This document shows positions 58,552-64,000 of a stretch of DNA of 64,000 nt, in pieces (position 1 is the first letter of the stretch; every line of letters starts with the position of its first letter). Origin of the DNA: a virus; IMG/VR virus record IMGVR_UViG_3300025011_000038, positions 5,949 to 69,948 of that record; one strand, 5' to 3'. A program made the translations under genes and the position numbers. The notes under the pieces were generated by a model. The model worked only from the letters and a program-made list of their open reading frames with translations. It did not search any database and was not told the DNA's origin.

Positions 58552-60312
58552 TTACTGACTGAATAATTTCTCTGCATCAGCGGCAGTCGGTTCATCCCAA
58601 CCGTATCTTTTGGGCCCCGTGTCGCTCGGCATACTAAACCTTCTGCATGAACTATCAAAATTTAGCTGTATTTCAACGTCCTGCTGACCACTAAAACGGT
58701 TCTTGAAAATCTCTAGTATGGTATCGCAGTTTTCCTCTGACTTCTCTTTTGGGGTAAGTCTATGAACCGCTAATACATTGTCTGCCCTATTGGTTATGTC
58801 TCCACTACCTGCAACGTCCATCTTGGTTAATCTGCCATGCGTTTTTCTTGGGTGTGCTACTAGGTGAACATGAACATCGTACTTCTGTGCAAATTCAGCT
58901 ACTCTATTTACAAATTCACTCTGTTTACGGTAGAAGTCTTTTTCGTTTCCGGCAAAAACGGTAGTCATAAGATTATCAATCATAAACACCTTACAACCGT
59001 ATCTTTGCGCCGCGTATCCAAATACTTCTAAAAGTGAATCATCGGAAACAGCACCGTAACTATCACACAAGAAAAATTTATCCATGTACCAATTGCGTAT
59101 TTTGTCTAATGCTTCTTTGGTCGGGTGCGCTACATTTGATTTTCTAATATCATCGAATCTGTATTCTAAGTTATCTGGTCCGGCAGCTTGTAAGTCAGTC
59201 CAGTATCTAAATACTGGCGCAGGCAATTCTCCAGAATAAGCACATACGGAAAATCCTTGGTCAACTGAGTCAAGCATAACCTGTCCTAGTAGTGTGCTTT
59301 TTCCTGACGAGTTAACGCCTGTCCAAATAGTAAACTGCCCCGACATGAAACCACCCATTACCGTATCAACTCCTCGGATACCGCTTCTAATTCTTAATGT
59401 GCCGTCATAGTCAAATGCTTTTACTTCTCCAAGTCTAGTCAATCCGCTAATTGGCACCTCCACAGCGTTTTTAACGGCATCCCTAACCGCCTGCTTACCG
59501 TCATAAACCAAAACTTCGTTGGCATCTTTTCTTTCTGTTTTCACAATCCAACACCTGGCAGCACCTAGTCGGTTGATTAGTTTTCTTTGTAGTCCCTGCC
59601 CTGGTTCGTCATTATCAACCCAAATTATTATTTTTCTAAAACTTTGTAGCCAGTCCCAACACAGGTCAACACAGGTCAAGTCCTCTGCCCCTGACGGAAC
59701 GCTTACGGCATTAGGTATTCCACATTCATCTAGGGCAAGCAGATCCATTTCGCCTTCACAGATTAAGAGAGGTTTTCCCGGCACACACAAGTCTATTCCC
59801 CAAAATATCGGTTTGCCGCCAGGTTCCCGCCAACCCTTTTTCTCTCCTTTTTTAGGTTTATGCGGCGGCCTAAACTTCATCAGCACCAATTTACCATTTT
59901 CGTAATACGGCATTGCTATATTTCCGTCAACTTCACATACTCCGCGCCGTTCCCATATTGCCTTTGAAAATCCGCGTTTCTTTAGGTATTCCTCGACCTT
60001 AGATGTTGCCGGTATTGTTTTTGACGCGGGAGGTACATAATTAACCTTTGGCCGCTTAATCTCAAAGTTTTTTGCTTTCTGCGTAACCTCACCTAATTCC
60101 CTAAGTAGTTGATGAAATGAACCAGTTGCACCGCATGAACCACGTTTACAGTTATATGTTCCGCTATTCTTATTAACGGCAAAGGTATATTTGTCTTGAC
60201 TATTACCGCCTTGACAGAAAGGGCAGTAGACAGGGACTATTTCCTCACCCTTAATTCTATAATCCCTAAAATACTTATCCGCTATATCTATTGGCGTTAT
60301 GTCGTAGTTCAA
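58552..60312 (-). CDS. Bifunctional primase-helicase (T7 gp4/Twinkle-like)
   Basis: CPFC Zn finger, TOPRIM (CEGEMD, SVPSGA, DNDEPG, KDANE), TGVNSSGKS, IDNL, VAHPRK, GSGDI. Confidence 0.93.
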   Translation of the reverse strand: MNYDITPIDIADKYFRDYRIKGEEIVPVYCPFCQGGNSQDKYTFAVNKNSGTYNCKRGSCGATGSFHQLLRELGEVTQKAKNFEIKRPKVNYVPPASKTIPATSKVEEYLKKRGFSKAIWERRGVCEVDGNIAMPYYENGKLVLMKFRPPHKPKKGEKKGWREPGGKPIFWGIDLCVPGKPLLICEGEMDLLALDECGIPNAVSVPSGAEDLTCVDLCWDWLQSFRKIIIWVDNDEPGQGLQRKLINRLGAARCWIVKTERKDANEVLVYDGKQAVRDAVKNAVEVPISGLTRLGEVKAFDYDGTLRIRSGIRGVDTVMGGFMSGQFTIWTGVNSSGKSTLLGQVMLDSVDQGFSVCAYSGELPAPVFRYWTDLQAAGPDNLEYRFDDIRKSNVAHPTKEALDKIRNWYMDKFFLCDSYGAVSDDSLLEVFGYAAQRYGCKVFMIDNLMTTVFAGNEKDFYRKQSEFVNRVAEFAQKYDVHVHLVAHPRKTHGRLTKMDVAGSGDITNRADNVLAVHRLTPKEKSEENCDTILEIFKNRFSGQQDVEIQLNFDSSCRRFSMPSDTGPKRYGWDEPTAADAEKLFSQ

Positions 60313-61118
60313 CGTATCACCGTCTTTGTTGGTACTTCCTTTGGTTTAGGAGTAGGTTTATTTTCCGTCTTTAGATTTCTTCCCCATTCAACATGTTTTT
60401 TACAGGAAGTATTTATTTGACTTCTAGGATTGCAGTTAGCTTTTAGTGGTTTGTCTATTTTATAGGTAGACCAATCCTTTATAGACTCGACCAAATCTAA
60501 TTGAGGATACCGTTCTTTTAGTTTTTCGTACATTTCAAGGTCTTTTGCCCTGTCGAATGGATAGTTTTTGACTAATTGAAGTGCTTTAAAAAAGGCATCT
60601 TCCTCAGAAGTTAGTATAATTGTATTTTCTTTCTCTATATCTAACTCTTGATCTATATCTGTTCCGTTACACTGCGTTACGGTAACGTTACATGTAACGT
60701 TACCATCAGGTAATTGCCTTTGCTTTTTGCGGTAATCGGCAACTCTCTTTCTATTCTGCTCTCTTATTTTGTCTAATCCTTCTATATTTTGATGCTTGTT
60801 CCAGTTAGAAATAAATACACCCTGTGAGCGCAGTTGAATCATTCCCATTTTGTCGAATGTTTCCAAAGCAAACCTAACGGTATTTATTGGCCTTCTAAAT
60901 TTATGAGCAAGCATTTCATCGGTATAAGGAATACTTTCAGTTAAGAAAATATATCCGTTCTGGTTGCATTTGCCGGCCAACGTCAATAATTTTATCCAAA
61001 TAATCAATACTGCATCGGCATCTGGCAGACTTTCTATGAAGTCTATTTTTTCATCCTCAAACATGGTAGTTGTTATTTTAATCCATTTAACTTCTGCCAT
61101 ATTCAATAACCCAAACAA
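60309..61118 (-). CDS. Phage replisome organizer / replication initiator
   Basis: VKWIKITTTMFEDEKI...IWIKLLTLAG...PYTDEMLA...NWNKHQN. Confidence 0.9.
   Translation of the reverse strand: MFGLLNMAEVKWIKITTTMFEDEKIDFIESLPDADAVLIIWIKLLTLAGKCNQNGYIFLTESIPYTDEMLAHKFRRPINTVRFALETFDKMGMIQLRSQGVFISNWNKHQNIEGLDKIREQNRKRVADYRKKQRQLPDGNVTCNVTVTQCNGTDIDQELDIEKENTIILTSEEDAFFKALQLVKNYPFDRAKDLEMYEKLKERYPQLDLVESIKDWSTYKIDKPLKANCNPRSQINTSCKKHVEWGRNLKTENKPTPKPKEVPTKTVIR
60666..60704. repeat. GTTAC/GTAAC repeat cluster with a 24-bp perfect palindrome (putative origin)
   Basis: GGTAACGTTACATGTAACGTTACC at 60681-60704 preceded by two CGTTAC copies. Confidence 0.75.
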
Positions 61119-61312
61119 TCACAAATATTTTTAACGGCAACCTCATACGCTTCTGAGGTTCTGAGTGCCGTATTCTGCCCATAAAAGCCAACTAATTCGG
61201 TCAATGCCGGTTTATACTTATTACTCCAGAGTTCGTCCACATTATTTGCGGCAACATTCTCCTGCGCTGCACGTTCCGCAAGTTCCTGTAATCTAGGTTC
61301 GATAAATGCCAT
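61103..61312 (-). CDS. Hypothetical protein
   Basis: ORF upstream of replisome organizer. Confidence 0.65.
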   Translation of the reverse strand: MAFIEPRLQELAERAAQENVAANNVDELWSNKYKPALTELVGFYGQNTALRTSEAYEVAVKNICDCLGY

Positions 61313-61371
61313 CTGTTCCCAAGTTATTTTTGACCACCCTTTACTATAATTTTTACCTCACTTACCTCTAT

Positions 61372-61417
61372 ATTATAGCATTTTTTAGTTGAAATTTCAA
61401 TAATTTTATGGTATAAT
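61372..61417. promoter_or_regulatory. Overlapping divergent sigA promoters whose -35 boxes form one palindrome
   Basis: TTGAAATTTCAA (61389-61400) gives TTGAAA-17-TATAAT on both strands. Confidence 0.8.
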
Positions 61418-61454
61418 TTACGCCAATTACGAATATAATTAAGGCGGTGATTTA

Positions 61455-61634
61455 ATGCCTAGACCAAAAAGAGATATGGTAAAATTTAATATGATGATTG
61501 AAAAAACAATGCTTGCCGATATAGAGAAGTTTAGAAAGACTTATTCTAATATTCCTTCTATAGCTGAGGCAATGCGCGACTTATTCAAATACGCCCTCGC
61601 CAACATTCCTACTCCCAGGGAACCCCGGCAGTAA
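61455..61634 (+). CDS. Ribbon-helix-helix protein, 59 aa (not in ORF track)
   Basis: GGCGGTG RBS; MPRPKRDMVKFNMMIEKTMLADIEKFRKTYSNIPSIAEAMRDLFKYALANIPTPREPRQ; terminator follows. Confidence 0.8.
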   Translation: MPRPKRDMVKFNMMIEKTMLADIEKFRKTYSNIPSIAEAMRDLFKYALANIPTPREPRQ

Positions 61635-62091
61635 AAGGGGTTTCCTTTTATGTGTCCTAATAAACAATCGACCTACTAACCAAATCTCCCGCATACCGCC
61701 GGTCAATAAACATAACCGTAACAATAAGATCGTCTATTGACCGCCATCCACAACTGCCATTCGGATATTTTAAGTAACATAGAATGTCCATTACTACCTC
61801 CTAAACCTATACCACTCCAATATCAAAAAATCCAACTCCTGCGACAATCTCAACGCCTCGTCACCATCACCGCACATATACGCTCTGTGCATCCTCTCGC
61901 GCCCTGCGTCAATCTTCGCCATTAACTCTTGCACACTATCCCCACCCTTCACGATACATTCCCTGCCTTATACGGTAGGCTAATTCATAACGAATAAACC
62001 TACATGAACGATGAAGTATGCAGCGATAAGTCCTAGAATTAGTTTGCAGGTTTTTACTGTGTTATTTTTCATTGTTAGCAACTCCAAAGTT

Positions 62092-63717
62092 TTATTCCGT
62101 ATATATCGGCAATTCGCTATCGCAATTACCGTTTTCATCAATTGATATTCTCTCTAAACGACATAAACTAATTTCATAGTTTAGATGATTGCAATTACTG
62201 TTGCTGCAAGCAACAAACGTTTCTTTTAGTTGTTTCCGCAACCGCTCAACCTCTGCCTGCAAATCCTTAATAGTAGCCTTAAGTGAGTTCTGAGCTTTTA
62301 TATCTTCTTCGATGGATATGTTGTTTGCTTCCATAAGAGCGGCACCAGCGGCCTTTAATCCTTCAACTATATATTCTGCCTTGATAGCCCGGTTAATTGC
62401 CTCCGGCCATCCTTCGCGGGCAGCGGCTATGAAATTAGCAGTCCCTAAATTGTAGCAATCGCAAACCGGCATATCGTTAATTTCCGTAAAAACGGTTGCA
62501 CCGTCACCATCTACATACCAACTACCGCTTATTACATTCTTACAAACCTCTAAATCCTTCTGTAAATCTCTCACTTAACCACCGCCCCAAAGTGTTTTTG
62601 AAGGCTTTTCAGGATTTCGCTACCTAGACTATCTAAATAGTTTTTAATCTCCTGTACGCCCTCTAAATCGTTGTTTTCGATGCCATAAGATAGGCAACCT
62701 TTTATCGCACCTTCAAGGGATGAATAGTAACCAACTTGATCCCAGAAAACCTTCCCCGGTACCTTAGCTTTTACACCGGCAATGCGTTTTTCCTCAAGGA
62801 TATAATTGTGCGGGTCCGTTGAAATTCTGTAACCGGAATTACCTATTTCTACCTGCATATCATTACCTCCCAAGCACTTTCTTAATATGTTCCTCTACTT
62901 GCTTAGATAGTTTTTCTTGCTCGTCAACCAATAGAGCAAACGCTCTAAATATGCTATCGGGACTACAGAATATATAACCTTCCTTACGCATCCACCGATT
63001 AAATCTATAAGTATTGTCGATAAAGTCACTTGCCATTTTGTCTGTTATGTCACCTTTAAACATTTCTTGTTCTGCTTTATTCCATCTGGTCAGTAATTCC
63101 TTAATAGAATCTAATTCTTTTTGCCTTTTTAATTGTTGCTGATCTAAATTAAATCCGCAATGTTCGCAATTTATGGAGTTTGCATCATGGGCAAACATAT
63201 AACCTTCAAGTGCAACAGCACCCTTACCGCACTTCGGACACTCAACAGGTATTTCCCATTGACCACAGTCACCGGCATCCCAAGCACGCTTAGATTCACC
63301 GATAACTTTTAGCTCCATATCAAGTAGGTTTAGTTTATTATCCCTGACATGATTACCGGCAATGTCACAAACAAAGCCAATTGCATTGCCGCCTTCTATT
63401 ATCTGTTTACAAGGCACTATTCAACCCCCTCTTAAACTACTTGACTACTCATAATACCTAAACGATATTTAAACCGCTGTACGGGCTATCTGGTGATGTT
63501 TTAAGGCTACCTCAACCCTGCCCCAAAGTATATGTTCTCCCCGAACACTCCCATGTACGTCAAGTCGTGTGCCATCGGGATAGCGGTACAAGTCCTCGAA
63601 AACCAGTCTGAACGCTCTCTCGATAGGTGAGTAGTCTTCTACAACCTTAAGCATGGCATCGTCACCGCCCAAAAGTTGCAATGAGCCGTTATTAATCATT
63701 AGTTGTACTGCTGACAT
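62092..63717 (-). CDS. Hypothetical proteins (62092..62574 Ead/Ea22-like, 62571..62873 DUF5405-like, 62863..63417 Zn-ribbon, 63469..63717)
   Basis: ANFIAAAREGWP motif; YRISTDPHNYIL..GYYSSL motif; CxxC pairs. Confidence 0.6.
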
Positions 63718-64000
63718 TTTTACCCCTCCCTACACCGTTGTTCCAACTCAGCACATATCCGTTCAACATCGGAGAGTATTTTGTTTAGTCTGACAATGTC
63801 CTCCGATGTTGCGGTTATACTAAACAATTAGTTAGTTTCCTTTGACTGTCTAGCCTTCTGTACCGACACATTTAACTTCTCTCTAATTGCAAGTGCTTCC
63901 GGTTCAGTGAGTTGCTTTAGCGAAGTAATTTCTCGCCCCAACCCCTTAGAAATCCATCGCTTTAATTCCTCCTCAGTTCTGCCGAGTTCGTTTCGCATTG

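Larger units (their letters stand above)
1..64000. mobile_element. Tailed bacteriophage (podovirus-like morphogenesis, probable phage-plasmid) of a spore-forming Bacillota host; partial genome
   Basis: Terminase, portal, capsid, lysis and replication modules plus dense small ORFs fill the window; no host housekeeping operons. Confidence 0.95.

Noticed and set aside
1-64000. Stop-codon reassignment
   Set aside because: Long conserved genes are intact in the standard code and all three stop codons terminate genes

Overview
The whole 64 kb window is part of a tailed-phage genome from a spore-forming, S-layer-bearing Bacillota host, probably Clostridia (SLH-domain endolysin, Spo0A-C homologue, anaerobic NrdG). 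Virion genes look podovirus-like: TerS, intein-containing TerL, P22-like portal, scaffold, gpT-like capsid, adaptor/nozzle, ejection proteins including an LPD38-like giant protein, and no tape-measure gene. The window also has a lysis cassette, a long leftward replication/nucleotide-metabolism arm and an early operon of small genes. No integrase is visible. Three different replication-initiator-like genes, a Xer dif-like site and an FtsK/relaxase module suggest a phage-plasmid lifestyle. Main leads: (1) an insulated FtsK/SpoIIIE + Replic_Relax + SpoIIIAC/AD-like operon behind a sporulation-sigma-like promoter, possibly moving phage DNA into the forespore; (2) two unannotated, sigA-driven structured RNAs at 44.06-44.80 kb, one with a tRNA-Leu mimic followed by a pseudoknotted domain; (3) a family of ~42-nt hairpins separating nearly every early gene; (4) a dif site next to terS; (5) conserved CTAACTGGTAGT junction sites bracketing virion-appendage cassettes. 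All family calls come from reading motifs by eye; no searches were run.
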